DNA of 64,000 nt from Hydrolagus colliei (GCA_035084275.1 CM068755.1:7750001-7814000), one strand, 5' to 3'. Positions 24,601-39,402 are shown, counted from the first letter of the stretch. Program-made: numbers and translations. Notes: generated by a model from the sequence alone, not told the origin.

Positions 24601-27600
24601 CAGAATGACACATATGTTGATGGATTTCTAATAACATCCCATAAAGCCTGTCAAAGCCATATCACTGGGAAATACTGTATTGTGTGTTTCATTTAAGGTT
24701 TGAAATGCTGATATCTTGCCAGAAACATTAGAGCTCGCTATTACAGCTAAGATCAGATTTTCATATCTATTCATTCAGCTTTCCTCTTTTCAAAAATGAG
24801 AGGATCTACTTTTAGCATTCTATGGTTTGGACTGTAAAATTGTCTATTGAATACAAATGTCATGCTCAGATTCTCCACAGTACAATATAAGAAAGCCATA
24901 GTGTTTGTATTATGAAATCCAATTGGGGATGCAATGCTACTATTTAATATATACTGCCACTTTTCATATTGACCTTATAGAGCTCAGAATTCTTCTTACA
25001 GGTTAAACAATCCGCTTTCCCAACCAACAATACATAATATTACATAGAGAGCAATGGTTTGTATTGTTATAAATAGATCTTGTTTCTTTCCTTGTATCAC
25101 TTTGCTTCTCTCTGTCAACTTGTCTCAATCAGTAGCACTTATGGTCTGGGTCGAAAAGTCCAATTTCTGCAACTGGACCTGAGCTCACAGTAGATGCTGA
25201 CACTTCAGAGAAGTAATGGTACATCATTGAGGTGAAATATCAGACGAGGCTCCTTCTACTGGTTCATGAAATTGATTGGAAGAGAAGGGTGTATCTCCCA
25301 TTATCATGGTCCCCATCCTCCAGATTAATTCCAGCCGCTTTAACACAAAATATTTTGTAATAATAACATGATGTCATAAGGTGCTATAAAAATATAATTT
25401 CATCTTAGAGGCTCAACATTTGTCCTGAAAAAGTAGTTGTATTGAAAACCAAGGAAAGGTTGGAATAAAATCAAATTAATTTGTGCAGCTGAAGGTGAAG
25501 ATCGTATCTTCCTCTTAAAGATCACCGATATTGGATCTGAAACTCAGTAAATACGCATATATATCTCACAAGGCTTGGTTTTAAATTGGAAATGTGGCTT
25601 GATAGCTGATTTATTAATGCAAGAAGGTAACTGATTTGTTATTAGGTTTGCAGTTACCCTGAGGCCCACTATCACTGATGGATGATCATAGACCTTGGTA
25701 GAGCTTGCTTTAATTAACACAGAGAGCAAAATGTGGCTCACCAAACCCCAACCACTATCTCACAGAATTTACGCTGAAAGTGTCAAACATGAATGAATCA
25801 ATTACAATACATTCACAACATTTGAAATACACTCACCCACAACAAATGTATCGGTTGGTAACCCTCTCAACAACAACTTAGAACTTAAGTTTAGAAGATT
25901 ATGGGTGCAGGCCCTAAATTGGGACTTGAGTTCATAATACAGACTGGCACTCCAGTGCAACACTGGGGGAAATATTGTTTTGTATCAGGCATTCTGGCCA
26001 ACAATCCTACAGATAAATTGTTTGTTTGTTTGGCTTTTTGTGGGACTGGCTGTGTATACATTTTATTTGCTCTGGAGACTTGCAAGACTATATTTATTAG
26101 GAAATACCAATGAAGAGTTTTATGACGTTGCAGTATTATAGTCAGCATGTCAAATGCAAAGATTATCATTACATTTGTATTCCATACTCTGCAACACCAC
26201 CAGTGTCTGGAATGGTGTTACAGGATAAAAGTTAGGTGGAATGGTAGCTACTTCAATTTGTAACTGGCAACCCGTTAGTGCTTGATACTGCACTTCGAGC
26301 CCAGAATGGTGAAGCAGTTTCTTTCGCCACATTACCAGCAATCAAAACTCATAAAAACCTGAAAAAATCAAAGCAGGAAAGTGTGGCGGTTGGAAAGCTG
26401 TAGTTTTAATGAATGAAGTTCCATAACTGCAGCATTTTGAGTGCTGCACTCTGCTGTAGAATCATGTGTGGGAAGGAAAGTCATGCGTGCTTTTCCCCTG
26501 AGGCCTGAATGTTATTTGAAATTTTGAATCTCTGCTTTAGGCATTTTACTCTAATCACATTACGCAGTGTCTAATGAGTATGATGTTGTTCGCAATTTGA
26601 TGGAGGGTCTGACTACCAGAACAATCATTGTACTTCCAAATAATTTAACACCTCAGCTGTCAGTGATATGAGCTTACATGGAGAATGCTGGCTATGAAAC
26701 AGTGTAAATGTTGTTTATGTCTTTTAGATTTCACGAATAATATATACATAAGCCATTGCTGATTTCATCTGTGAGAGTTATCAGCTGGGATATCAGAAGA
26801 ACCTACAGCCCTCCTTTCAAATAGCATGAATTGCTTTGATCTTCACAACAATAACAAATTGCATTTATATGATCACCTTTCACATTAAGAGGGCATCCCA
26901 AAGCACTGAAACATTTGTCTGAACCTATAAACAAGCAAACAAGTGATTGGTTTGATTTCACATTCAAAGGGTGGCTGGCATTGCTGGCGATCGGGTATGC
27001 TCTCACCACTGGAGTGTCAACCTAGATTTGAGCTCAAATCCTAGGGTTGGACCAATAATCTTTGGATCCAAATTAGCCAAACTAATATGTAAACAAACGG
27101 TTCACTGCCAACATTTCTGGGGTAAAAGGTTAAATGCTCTCTCTCTCATGCTCTCTCAGCTTCTCCTCTTCAATGGAGCCATCGGTCAACCCCCTCCCCT
27201 CCCCTCCCTTCCCTCCGCACTCCCCGATCCTAACCCAGCATAGGTCTGAAACATTGACTGTCCAGCGCCTTGGGACGTCCTCCCAACGTGAAAAGTGCTA
27301 TACAAATGTAATTTTGTTGTTGTTGTTCTCTTGTACTGAGCTTGTCAATCACATTAGCAAACAAGTGGGACTGAGCAGTGTTGACCATCTGAAATGGTGA
27401 ACGAATTAACATTTCTGGGTCAGTTTAGCTGTCAAGAACAAGCAGTCTTAATGTCACACCGAATCCTCCTTGCTAAAAGTTAGATTGATGCTATTTGACA
27501 TGTATGAGAAAAACATGAATAACCCAGAAGAAAATATGATTTAAACAAAATTATCCGACTCCATGGTTAAACACCCGAGGAGAAGTTTGTCCAGAAGTAA

Positions 27601-30097
27601 TTCGATGATTTTGTCAAAGAGGCACTGGAGGCGATCCTGAACCAGAAATGATTACAACAACAACAACTTGCATTTATATAAAGCCCTTCACATGGGGCAG
27701 GATCTTGGATTGATTAGGAGTCAATTTGTGCCTGTCACTTAACAGATTCCCTGGTCTTGCCAAATGGTTGAATGGAAATTGAGTTGAAGGGCCTTCAAAT
27801 GCTAGGATTAATTATTCATGGACTGTGCTATTGAGGCGCAGTCCCTCTGCCTCTGTAAATATTTTGAATGCTAATTATCAATTATCTTACTGAACAGATC
27901 AGTGAACACCTTCACTGAATTCTAATTTGTGACAAAATACTTTAGAACACATAAATTCGTGTCGGAGACTTTATCACTGGAACTCCTCTTGGATCTGATC
28001 TCATCTCTGACCTCCAAGAGAGACTCCCACAAACTGTCAGGAGTTCAGTATCAATCGACATTCAAGCAGAATATTAACAAGTGAGCCCCAACACAGTAGT
28101 AACAGAAGAATTTTGCATGTTACAAGTCATGGTGCAATCTTTTAGACCCCAATTCTCTCTTGACTTTCCGCAAAGGCAAAATAGTAGGACAAGCCTCATT
28201 AGGGGATAACTTTGCTGCAGATACTTTCATCATATTGTTTCAGGAAATGTTACCGCGTGAGTGACTGATGATATTTAGAAATTAAAAATCTAAAAATAAG
28301 CAGCAATAAAGGTGCATTTTCACTGTATGTAGACTGACTGACAGGATTAACCTTTACTTTTAATCTTGAATCTTCCAGATTTTTGTTTATCAGTTGACAA
28401 TATTTTAGATACAGAAGCCAATTCCTGCCAATCCTAATACAGCCCAAGGAAAGGGAGAGCATGGGGTCACTTGAAACTCATTCTATTGACTCTCAGTAGA
28501 CTCTCTGAACAATTAATTTTTGGAGCTCAATTTTGTGGCTTGTCCACATAAGACTGTCCATATTAGTGTCATAGTTCCAGGGCTAAGTCTCAAAATTGAC
28601 AACTGATCACCCCAAAAAATACAGGTTGTTTTTCAGTCTCTGGAGCAAACACAGGGGTGGGTTGTCAAGTAAACTTTGCTGAGAGAGCAGTGATTGTCCT
28701 TGGGATATTGAGCCATAATGGGAACATGCTATGACAGGGAGACAGCCAATGCCCATGACAGCTCTGCCTCCGCCATTGTCTAACTATTCAATCATCACTG
28801 TCTAGATTTCTGATTGACTGGGGACTTTTTGACATGAGAAGATCCTATAAAGTGTCAGTCTTTGTTTCTTTAATGTGTTTGAGCTGATAAACACCTAGCC
28901 AATGAGATAGTCATTTTGCTGTTCCAAGTGGCAATGTAACAGTTGAATTAAAAGGCAACTGCAGTATATTTTCCATATGTTCCCATCTTTTTTATTACAG
29001 CACAGAAGGAAGCAATTGAGCCTGTGTTAATCCTAGTTTATCCGCTGGAACTTCACCCAGAACTCCTCACCCTCTTTTGCATTGTTTCTCTTCAGCTCAT
29101 TTCCCAATTGGTGTTTAAACAAATGAATTAATTTAAACACTACTGTTTCCAAATGAATCCAAACCCTCCTTTAAACCAGTTGGAAATAAGTCATACAAAA
29201 TTTGGATCAAATGCATACTTTTCAAGGAGAAATTGGATCAAAATGTCTCACATATTTCACAATAATTCCTGTCAAGGAACTGTTTCTGCTGATTCATATG
29301 GAAGCTGTTTGCAGATACAAGTCCCATGAACAGCCATGAGATGAACAACCAATTTATTTATAGGATTGCTAAGCAAGACAACAGGAGAAATTTCCTTCTC
29401 ATTTCCATTAATGTCGTGATGATATTTCAGTCTGCCTAAAACAGCAGGCAAAACATTTGTTCAACATCTCATCTGATGCACAGCACCTCTGACAATTCAG
29501 TGTTCTCAAGACTTAGAGTTCCAAATCCCCAAATGACATCTGAATCCACCACCATCTTACCCAAAGATGAAAGTCCTAGTGTCTGAGCTCAAGATGATTC
29601 ATATAGGAAAACCAAGATGTTGAGCAGAAACTGATATAATCTTTTACCAATTCCACTGCCACTGTGAGATACATTGATAATCAAAGTGGATATGTAATAT
29701 CGTAGGGAAAAATAGATGGAAAAAAGATTGCCTTCATCACTATGTATGACCATCATTAAAAGCAGCAAATCAGCTCAACCAATGGGTATGGCTCAACCCT
29801 TTGAAGGAAGTCCTTTGATATATTGGCCTTTGATCTGCAAGCTGAATTTTTTAAATTAAAAGTGTCCATTGATCAGTTTAAACAGACTTTGTAACTTGCT
29901 GGGGAAACAAGGCTTCTGAGTGTAAGAAAGGGCTTGAAACCTCATTGCACTTTATCACGTTGAAATGTGGTTCACAGTATTTATTGTAAATTATTGGTTA
30001 CTGTTTTAATTGTAGAGAAATGTGCCAGCCAATTTGCACACAGGAATGTGTACCTAGTACACTAGGAAAAACTCCCTCTTTTCCAATAGTTCTTCTG

Positions 30098-30440
30098 GAG
30101 CCCTGTAGTTCAGTGGTTAGAGCACTCACCTCACAAGCAAGAGACCTGGCAAGGTGAAACGTTGGGCAAGATTCCTTACTCCACACGCCTCTGTTTACTT
30201 AGCTGTAAATAAAAACCCAGTTGTTAGTCAGTTGGCAGATTGCTTTTCTGGGGAAACTAATAATAATAATTTGATCACTCAATGCATGACTATTGTGGGA
30301 CACTGCTTTGTGCAATTGTCTCCCACATTTTGGCCACAAATATATAGTCAATTTACTTACAGTATACTTCTGCGAAGCACTTTGAGATGTCTAGAAAATG
30401 CGAAAAGCGCTATATCAAATGCAAGGATTATTATAATTAC
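30098..30440 (+). mobile_element. tRNA-derived SINE
   Basis: Head cctgtagttcagtggttagagcactc, conserved body, tail aagcactttgagatgtc...aaaagcgctatatcaaatgcaaggattatt. Confidence 0.8.
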
Positions 30441-33400
30441 CATCTGAAAATTTGACAGGTGAGGTCTTAACAGAATGCACCAGTTTAAATTTTTTTATGA
30501 TTCAAAATTAATCAATTTATATTTTAAAAAATCAATTGTTGCACAGGGAATTAGATTCTATATTTAAATCTGGCAATGTCGATGCATGGACAAAGCTCCT
30601 GAGATGAACTCTTAGTATTTATAAATTCCTCTAAATCCTTGGATTAAATAATAGCCTTGTAACACTTCTGGTGCTTTCCATCATTTCACTAGTCAAATGC
30701 CCAAAGAGTTTTTTCTTGGAGTGCATCATTTCTGCTCACTGGACTAAAAGATATTTATACTGCAAAACAGAAAACATTTCTACTTTGTCCACCAAGTGTC
30801 AGCATTGAACAGTTCCAGGCATAATACAGTCAGGTGCAAAATAAAGCTCCCTTTATTTTACCCCAACAATGTGCTATTGTCCAACCTTAAAAGAGCACCC
30901 CTTGGTGCATCAGTGCGACAACTTCTATTTTATATTTCTCATTACAGCCATTGCCCAAACTATTCTATGAGAGATTATCAATATACAGGCAAATTATGGG
31001 CAGTTTTGTGCTGTGAAACCCAGGCCCCAAACTCATTTCATTTCAGCTGGAGCCCATCAGTCCAACGGAATGATGAACCTTTCATGCCACAAAACTAGAC
31101 TGAATTCAATCTCATTTGTGAATGGCATTTGTGAGGTGTCTCTCTCACTGAAGTGTCATGTTGGGGTTGTGGTGGGGGGGTGATACGGTCTAGTGCCCTA
31201 GTTACTTGAGATTCCCCCATTTTGTCTTCATCCCCATCAAAGACTAAATTTATGATGTACTCAATCATCTCCATAACTAAATATGTTATAAACTTTAGTC
31301 TTTGCAATCTTACAACCAACCAATTACATAGCTCACTGAGCATAATTATGTTGAAAGGCCACCATTGACTTGAAATGGAACAAGCCATTTAAATCAGAGC
31401 AAGAAACCTCCAAGCTATTTCTGCAATCAAATGACATATCGATTTCCAACTGCATTTGCTGGGCATATCATTCATGTAAACTGCACATTAATTATGGAAA
31501 CATAGTCAGGAGGGAAGTAACAATTCAATAAATAAGTGTGAATGTTGTTTTCAAGCTTTCTCTGAACTGTATTGTTTTATTTAATAAAGTCCCACTTAAC
31601 CACGTAAAGTTAATATTACAAGGTTACATCCAAATTAATGCGACTCAGAGCAACCAAGGCCATGTCCCAAGCAATGACGATCCTGTTTGGCTTCGTGAGG
31701 TGTAAACATGCTTTCAGTCTAAAATCCCTTGTGGTTAGTGTGGCCATAGCTGGACGAGTGCCATTCAATTTATAAATGTATTTCATTACTTTAATGAAAA
31801 TGATCAATTATGTAAAAATGGCTTGGAGTTATTATTTCCTGGTGTAAAGTAATTATTTGGAACATAACTTTATCACTAGTGTCCACTGAATAAAGTGGGA
31901 AAATTCTACTTGCGTTTATCCATAGCCCTTTGGCAATTGGAATTCAATTGTTGTCTCTCATCATGAAAACCAGCTCCGAGACCAAATGAATGTCACTGTC
32001 TGAACTAATTCTAATTCAAGAATCAGCCTTGTCCCGCAGCAATCCAGCAGTAATCTTCTGTGGTCCTACTCCTCAGCCTGGGTGTCCCATTCCATCTCTG
32101 TGAAACATTTTGAGATTTTTTCTCAAGTAAGGTGCTACAGTATATAAGTAAAAATGTTGTTGCACGGTTCTTGAAAATGGGTAAGATTTTGTAAAAATAC
32201 GCCATGTGACCTGTTCACTAGACAAACATCTCTGGCTTTGCCCTAAAGATAAAAGAGAATATTAAATATGACTAGAAAATGATGACGTTATTTGAGTTCT
32301 TTATGTCGGAGAGAGATTATCCGTCAGGAAATATGCAGGATGTGCAATTGATGAGCAGACTGAGTAGAACCTTCACAGCTTTGATTTCAACAGGTTAGTA
32401 AATATGGCACAAGTGTTATTGAATGATTCCCAACTAAATGTTATAAAAGAGTTATAAAAGAGAGGGTTATTTTGTATGAATATTACTGTGCAGACTAACT
32501 GCTGTGATAATTGAAATGTGATAGTTTTGAACACAGAGTTTGATAGTTACTGGATAAATATCTCACATTGAATTTTTAATATATCAGATATATAATATCC
32601 TAATATCCTCCTAATATCCTCTCCCATGGATGGAATTTAATAACCAACACTGAATTGTAGCCACTTTGAAAACTGTGAACTATGATTATTAATCCACAAA
32701 CAAAAAACTTGATTAATAAAAACATTTACCTAAAGAGGAACTCCTTGTTCTGTGATCCGATGAACCAAATAGCCTCCTTCTACACTGTAGATTTTTATGT
32801 TTCAACAACACTGCTGAGGGGATTTAGCTTTGATTGACATATCATCTTGTAGCTCCTCCCTGTTAGATTCACAGGAATGCTGCAATCACCAGGATTTAAT
32901 TGCTATCGGATTGCTCCACATTTCCAACAGACCACCAAGGCTATGCTTTCTCCATGTTTTCCTCTATCCCTTGGAGGATGTCATGCCTCTTCATGTTGAA
33001 AGTTAACCTGTCAGTATTTTGCCTAACTTTTTTCGAGTGAGTACCAGGAGCTGAGATGTGCTGCACTTGTCAAAGCTTGTGTGTTGTTTTCTGTATTATT
33101 CAGTGTCAGTATTGCAAAGCTTTCCCTTGCAATTCACTCCCCATTCTTTTCTCAAGTCGCTTACTCATACTGGGATACAATCCCACAGGCACCAACCACC
33201 CTCCCATTCCTCACCCAAAGTGGCCATTCTTCATGTGAGGGTCAGCAGCTGAAGCTTTGCTAACAGTCAAAGTTTAAATGTTGATTAGATTAACCTTTGT
33301 TTTGTCAGAATAAAAAGAAAAGGGCACAAAATAATAACCCAAATCAATAGCTTCGTTAATGTAAATTCACAAGTGTTATCTGTGAGCGAAATAAATAGCT

Positions 33401-34150
33401 TCATGTTTACCAGCAATGTTGCAATCTCTGGTGCACTTTAAATTGGAAAGTTCTGGAACTTTCTGTGAGTGTTTTCAGTTGTATAAAACAAATTGGTTTC
33501 AAGGAGCAGAGGCTTATGATTGATATCTTTAATTGCAATCACCTTTAATAAACTAACTAGTCAGACTTGGCATCATTAACATTTTTGAAATATGTGGAAT
33601 AACTCCTATATTTCTTCCAAGAAATTCTGAACTACCAGGGATCACTCGGTTGAAGGCATGTTGGCTTGGCATATGTTTACACCATTCATACCACAAATTG
33701 TATCTTGTATTTTCAACCTTCCTTTTGCACAACATTCATAACTTCTCCTTATTGTTGTCTTTGAATTAGTCATTTGAGGTATAAGTGCAATTAGTTGAGA
33801 AATTAGCTGAAGTTTTGAAAAATCCTTTCAGAACGAATAAAAAATTAATTTTAATCGCATTTTTGGCATTGGCCTTATTAGCATCAAAATAACATCTAGC
33901 CAAAACAAGCTGCTAGCCTAATTTATTATTGATGCCATTTATTAGGAGCGGCTATTAAACTGTCAGTTTGTTGACTGAGAATATATTAACTTTCATGGCC
34001 ATATTAAAATGTAAAATAGATGAACTAATGTCAAACCTGTGGTGGCTTTCCCTTCTTGCTGGTTTCAAATATATTTAAAGATGCTTCCGGGCTATTTTCT
34101 CCATATACTATCATTGTGTAATTTTAGATTTAAATGAATGATTTAAAATC

Positions 34151-34818
34151 GTTCCTGTAGCTCAGTGGTTAGAGCACTCGCTTCGCGAGCAAGAAACTTG
34201 GGTTCGATTCCCAGTAGGGTGAAATGTTCAGCAAATTTCCTTACTCCACGCACATGTTTACCAAACAGAAAATAGGAACCCGATTGTCAGTCGATTGTCA
34301 GATTGTTTTTCCGGGGGCAAAATTTCATTAAAATAATGAATTGGTCCTTCCAATCCACGACTGTTTGTGGGACACTGCTGTGCGCAATTGGCTGCCACAT
34401 TTCACCCACAAAACATAGTCAATTCACTTTACAGTATATTCTGTGAAGTGTTTTGAGAGGTCCCAAAAGGCAATGGATGGTTTCCAGCCTATGTCTCAGC
34501 TTTCTTAGGCTCTTGTTCGCTCTTTGTGACTGTATTGTTATTCCACACTCCTCTGTTTACATAACAGTAAGTAGGAACCCGGTGGTTAGTTGTTTGGGGG
34601 TTTGCTTTCCGGGAAATAATAATCCCCACAAAAGAAATTTGAGTATTCAAACCCTGACTATTTGTCTGACACCACAATGTGCAATTGACTGCCGCATTTC
34701 GCCGACAAAATATACAGTCAATCCACTTCACGGGATTTTCTATGAAGCTCTTAGAGATGTCTCAATGACATGATAAAGCACTATATCAAATGCAATGATT
34801 ATTATTATCATTTATTAT
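34151..34818 (+). mobile_element. Two tandem tRNA-derived SINE copies (first with intact Pol III A/B boxes, second headless)
   Basis: A box TAGCTCAGTGG (34158) and B box GGTTCGATTCC (34201), body ctgtttgtgggacactgctgtgcgcaattggctgcc. The second copy at about 34545-34818 ends in (TTA)n. Confidence 0.85.
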
Positions 34819-36543
34819 TAGCCTGAGGTAATCTATTTGAATTTTGCCTAACTTCTTCCAAGTTAGCACGAAGAGCGAGATGTGTTGTATTTGTTACAGC
34901 TTTATTCATCTTGTGTTTTGTTTTCTATATTATTCAGTGCCAGTAAAATCTGCAGTCTATTGCAATCCTTTCTGCCTCCAATTCACTTCCCTTCTCTTGC
35001 CAAGTTCACTTTCCTGAATACCAATCAGGAATCAGGAATTGCTCACTGCAGCCTAAAGGACTTGTGGAACAGGAGCTGAACAATGATTCTTTCCAATGTT
35101 AAATGAAAATTACAAAGGAAAATAGTTAAAAGTTTGGATAAAATATCAGTTTGCAATTTCTATTCAATTCTTCCATCCAGCCAAGTGGTAAACCCTCTAA
35201 ATAAGAAACAAGAACCAGGAATTTTAGAACTTCTTATCACATCAAAACATCTGTAAAGGCTGCACCAGTATTTATAGTCAACTATAGAAACATTTTTTAT
35301 TGGAGAGTATGGCACCTATTTACACCACTGAGTTCCATATCTACATAGGAGACTACTGGTCAATTAATGTGGAGGAACATCAGAAGAAACAGACTTCACT
35401 TTTAAAAGAGCATCATGTGATCTTTAACAGGCAGGTGGTACCTTGGTTTATGGACTGGTCCAAATGATGATACCGTGCAGTTTCATGTGCAGCCAGTAAC
35501 TGTGCAGCCCTCTGCAGTACCTACTGTACATGGTTCAGCTGAGGCTGCAACGGGCTTGAACCCACAATTTCTGGAATCAGAAGTAGAAGTGCTACCAACA
35601 CATCCAAACTGACGTTAAAGCAGGTGCATATGTTAACTTGATAACATCATCAAATAATGATAATGAACTTCATGTAAAACTCTATCTGAGTCATTGTCCA
35701 TGCCAGACAATGTTGCAGCTTCATAAATCCTGTGCAAACGTTACAGGGTTACATTTGCTAATATTTCCCTTCCTGTAAAATCTCAAACAAATGTGACGGC
35801 AATAGAGTATCTCCTGTTTAAATTTAACTCCCTGATGCTAAAGTTTCTTGATGCTTGTAAAAATGTGACTGATTTCCATCATTTCTGAAAAATGTAATTT
35901 ATCAAAATACTTCTTGCATTTGATATTGCTTCTATCATATTGAAATGGCTTAAAGCATTTCGGTAATTACTGCTACTGGTAGTGCCTGTGGTTTTTGAAA
36001 ACAAACGTGGCAGCTAATTTGTGTGCAGCAATGTCCCACAAATAGCCAGGAGCTGATGATCAGTTTAGCTGGAACACCTTTATCTTTTCATATAGTATCA
36101 TGGATTCTTTAATGTACACCTGAAAAGACGGATGGGACTTCAGTTTAATGTCTCAGAATAAAGACAGCACCTATGACAATGTGCCAGTAACAGGGTGTGG
36201 TTGTATACCACGCTTGGGCAAACTATAAATTCCAATTTTAGGTATTTGGGTAGCATTTTTGCCTCGGTTAAATGGTTGCGGTTGAAAGCCTATATCTGAG
36301 AGTTCTTAATCCAGGTTGATATTCAATGGAGAGCGAACTATTATTGTTATTAACTATTATTAACTATAACTATTGTTAGAGATACCATTCTTTAATGAAA
36401 ATATTACAAATCCAATTGCACAACTTTGAAAAAGAGCAGGGAGCTCTCCCTCTATCGTAGCCCAAATTCCATCCGCACCCAAATCATAAAATAAAATGTA
36501 GTTGTTCATCTCTTTACGGTTTGTGGGGTGTTGCTGGCGCATA

Positions 36544-36638
36544 CTTGCACACATTGCATTATGTGCAATGTGTGCAAGGGCACACATTGCACATAATGAG
36601 ATAGTGCAATGTGTGCCCTTGCACTATCTCATTATGTG
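36544..36638. repeat. Four overlapping perfect inverted repeats
   Basis: Arms of 15, 19, 21 and 20 bp, checked base by base (see findings). Confidence 0.9.
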
Positions 36639-37954
36639 AATTGCTTTCGAAATGTATGAATGTGTTGAGATGCTCTCTCAAATGCAAGTGTTGTATTATC
36701 TATAATCTGTTGTTAATTTAAACTGTAATGATTTGAATTACACTTTTCAACAAATCTGCACAGAGGCAATTTTTTTCGCAATAAATTTTAATGGAACTTC
36801 AATTATTCCTTAATTATTCAGCGCCTTGGGACATCCTCCTGACGTGAAAGGTGCTCTACAAATGTAATTTTGTTTGTTGTTGTTATAATTGGTACTGCAG
36901 TGAGTTTATTAGAAAAATCCATAGCTTTCCACGGTTGGGTGCATGTCTGTCCAAAGATCAGCAAAAGTTCATAAATGTGTAAAGCAATGGGTTATTTACT
37001 GATTATTGGTGTATCACAGTTACGGTTTGTGCTCAAGAAAATGTTTGGAAAATCTATTTTAAAACATGTTTGTCTTTAGTACTATAGTTAATTTGGTTCA
37101 ATGATTGTATTACAATTATATGGGAAAGATCAGTTGCCATTTCTTACTCATAATTTGAACAAATTATTTTCCTTATATAACCTGAGACCCAATATTTCTC
37201 ATGATCTTCGCATAACAATGTAAAAATTCTCATATTTGGTCTTAATTTGGAAGCTATTTGTCCCCAATCCTTAAAGAGAATTTAAGTCTTTTCCAATATT
37301 CCATAATATCTTTCATTTTAAGAAAATGGTCTTGAGGGTAAAATCATGCAAATTTCAGATTTCTGATGTTTCATGTTTAATGCTCAGGGACCTTGCTTAA
37401 CTTAGGTCTCTAGAATAATGAAATGCTGCACTTCCAGAGAGAATGCTGTCGCAAATGTCTTATTCACTGTAATGTGCACAATTGCAATATCCAACATTCA
37501 TAATTAATGATGTGGCTAATAATTTATTGAGTAGTTCTTAATTCATTACTCATCTATCAGTCAAACTAGTTACAGCTAAATGAAACAGAGTTCTAAATCT
37601 CTGAACCTGATCTGTATTACAGCACGTTCAAGGCTGTGAATGCTTACAATAGAGTCGGGAGGAATAATAATCCATGATAGAACAACAGTTAAGGACAATT
37701 TTAGTACAGATACCAGAAAGTATTTATTTTCACAGACCTTCATCAAATATAATGTAAAACCTAACCCTACTTAATACTTAGGGTAGCTTCCCCGGAAAGG
37801 TGTTGTGGATTGGACCTAGAACTCATTTAATTGCTTGAAGCTGAAATGGTGAGTTGCATTTTCTGTAAATATGAGATCAAATAGATTAAAGCGCTTTCAT
37901 CTTCCAAACTTCTTTTTATCATCTAATGAGAACTCCATGTACTTTGATAACAAT

Positions 37955-38295
37955 GATGTAATAATACTCCTTGCACTTGGTATAGCACTTTAATATGTCT
38001 TCCAAACGTCTCAAAGACCTTCATCAAATATAATTTGATAAACCCTGTATATTTTGTGGGTGAAACGCAGAAGCGAATTGCACACAACAGTGTCCCACAA
38101 ACAGTCATGATGATCAATTTTTTTTAAAAGGAATTTTTAACCCCAGAATAGCGATCTACCTATCCTACTAACAACCCAGATTCCCACTTAATTCTAGGTA
38201 AAAAGAGTGTGGAGTAAGGAAACTTACCCAATGTTTTGCCCTGCCGTGAATTGAATCCAGGTCTTGCGAGGCAAGTGCTCTAACCACTGACCTAC
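37955..38295 (-). mobile_element. tRNA-derived SINE
   Basis: Reverse complement of the 34151 family; head near 38290. Confidence 0.8.
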
Positions 38296-38891
38296 AACAC
38301 TCTGCAATGCTGAATATGCATTTTTCATATTAACAGCATGTTCTAGACATGGTCGTGATTCGCTAGGGGAGCTCATTACCCTCCCATGACTCCCTTCAAG
38401 ACCCCATAGGCAATTAATGGCTAATTGTAACCTCAGAAAGAGTACAGCTCGCAATGATCAAAAGTGGATTCCAAATCAATGAGAAATGCGATACAGTAGC
38501 TACTGCAAACATCAACCTCTGAGGGATTTGAAGGGTATTTTAGATATAGTATTCAAACAAAATAAATTATGTCTCATGCAAATTTTTCCGAAGCAGATCC
38601 TGACCCACATTCCGGGTAACATTCAATCTAAATAATGCAAGACAGGCACATTTAGCACTTTATTAGGCATGAAATAGTTACATTTGTTTTAATGGTAAAA
38701 TCAAATATGTTTCTCTCCAGGAAAGTAGCATAAGTCACATCAGCACAATAATACTTACACAAGAATGGATGGCACATTGTCAGTCTCAAATGTACATTAG
38801 TTTCATATTAAATATGTGGACTAATTGTATCGTCTATCTTGAAGGTCTTCTCTTGGATTTTCAAAGGTTGTCTTTTCTTTCATCTGTTTCA

Positions 38892-38999
38892 TCAGATGCA
38901 TTGGAGGAGGAAGGAGTTACAGATAGTGCCTCTGGCACAATCGCACAGCTTGCCAATTCTTGGACCTTGCTTAATCGCACATCTGTCCCCAATATCACA
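38892..38999 (-). CDS. CART prepropeptide paralog B, exon 3
   Basis: atttttag|TGTGAT...ATC TGA translates [35 protein letters not shown], with six CART cysteines. Absent from the ORF track. Confidence 0.95.
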   Translation of the reverse strand, partial: CDIGDRCAIKQGPRIGKLCDCARGTICNSFLLQCI

Positions 39000-39402
39000 C
39001 TAAAAATCAATATAATCAAATATTATTCATTTGTAATAAGAGGAAAAGTAATATTCAGTCAGATGCCCCCTTTTAGTACGATTTTGTTTAAAAGCGCTAT
39101 TTGAGGGACAATATTAAATATAAATTTTCATTTATTCATATTTACTCATTTTACTAACTGACTTGAATGAGGGACCAAGGCTCATAGTGTCAGACACCAT
39201 CAAGGTTAGAAGGTATTGGAGAGAAGGTGAAACAGGTGCTAAGCTAGAAAATGCAGCGTGTAGACATTGTTTGAGAATAGGAGAATTGAGTTCTCCTATG
39301 AAACTCTTCATAGTTGAGTAGCCCACTTGCATTCTGTCCAGGCTGTCTAGGCACTCATGGAAACATACTCCCCCAACACGTTTAATTTAGCCTGGAACTG
39401 AC

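Noticed and set aside
32023-32205. Minus-strand ORF containing LLEKK, reminiscent of CART exon 2
   Set aside because: No further similarity, no matching donor, and no exon 3 found.
34151-34222. tRNA-like sequence with A and B boxes
   Set aside because: It is the head of a SINE. It continues into the family body, the acceptor stem is poor, and the anticodon differs between the roughly seven copies.
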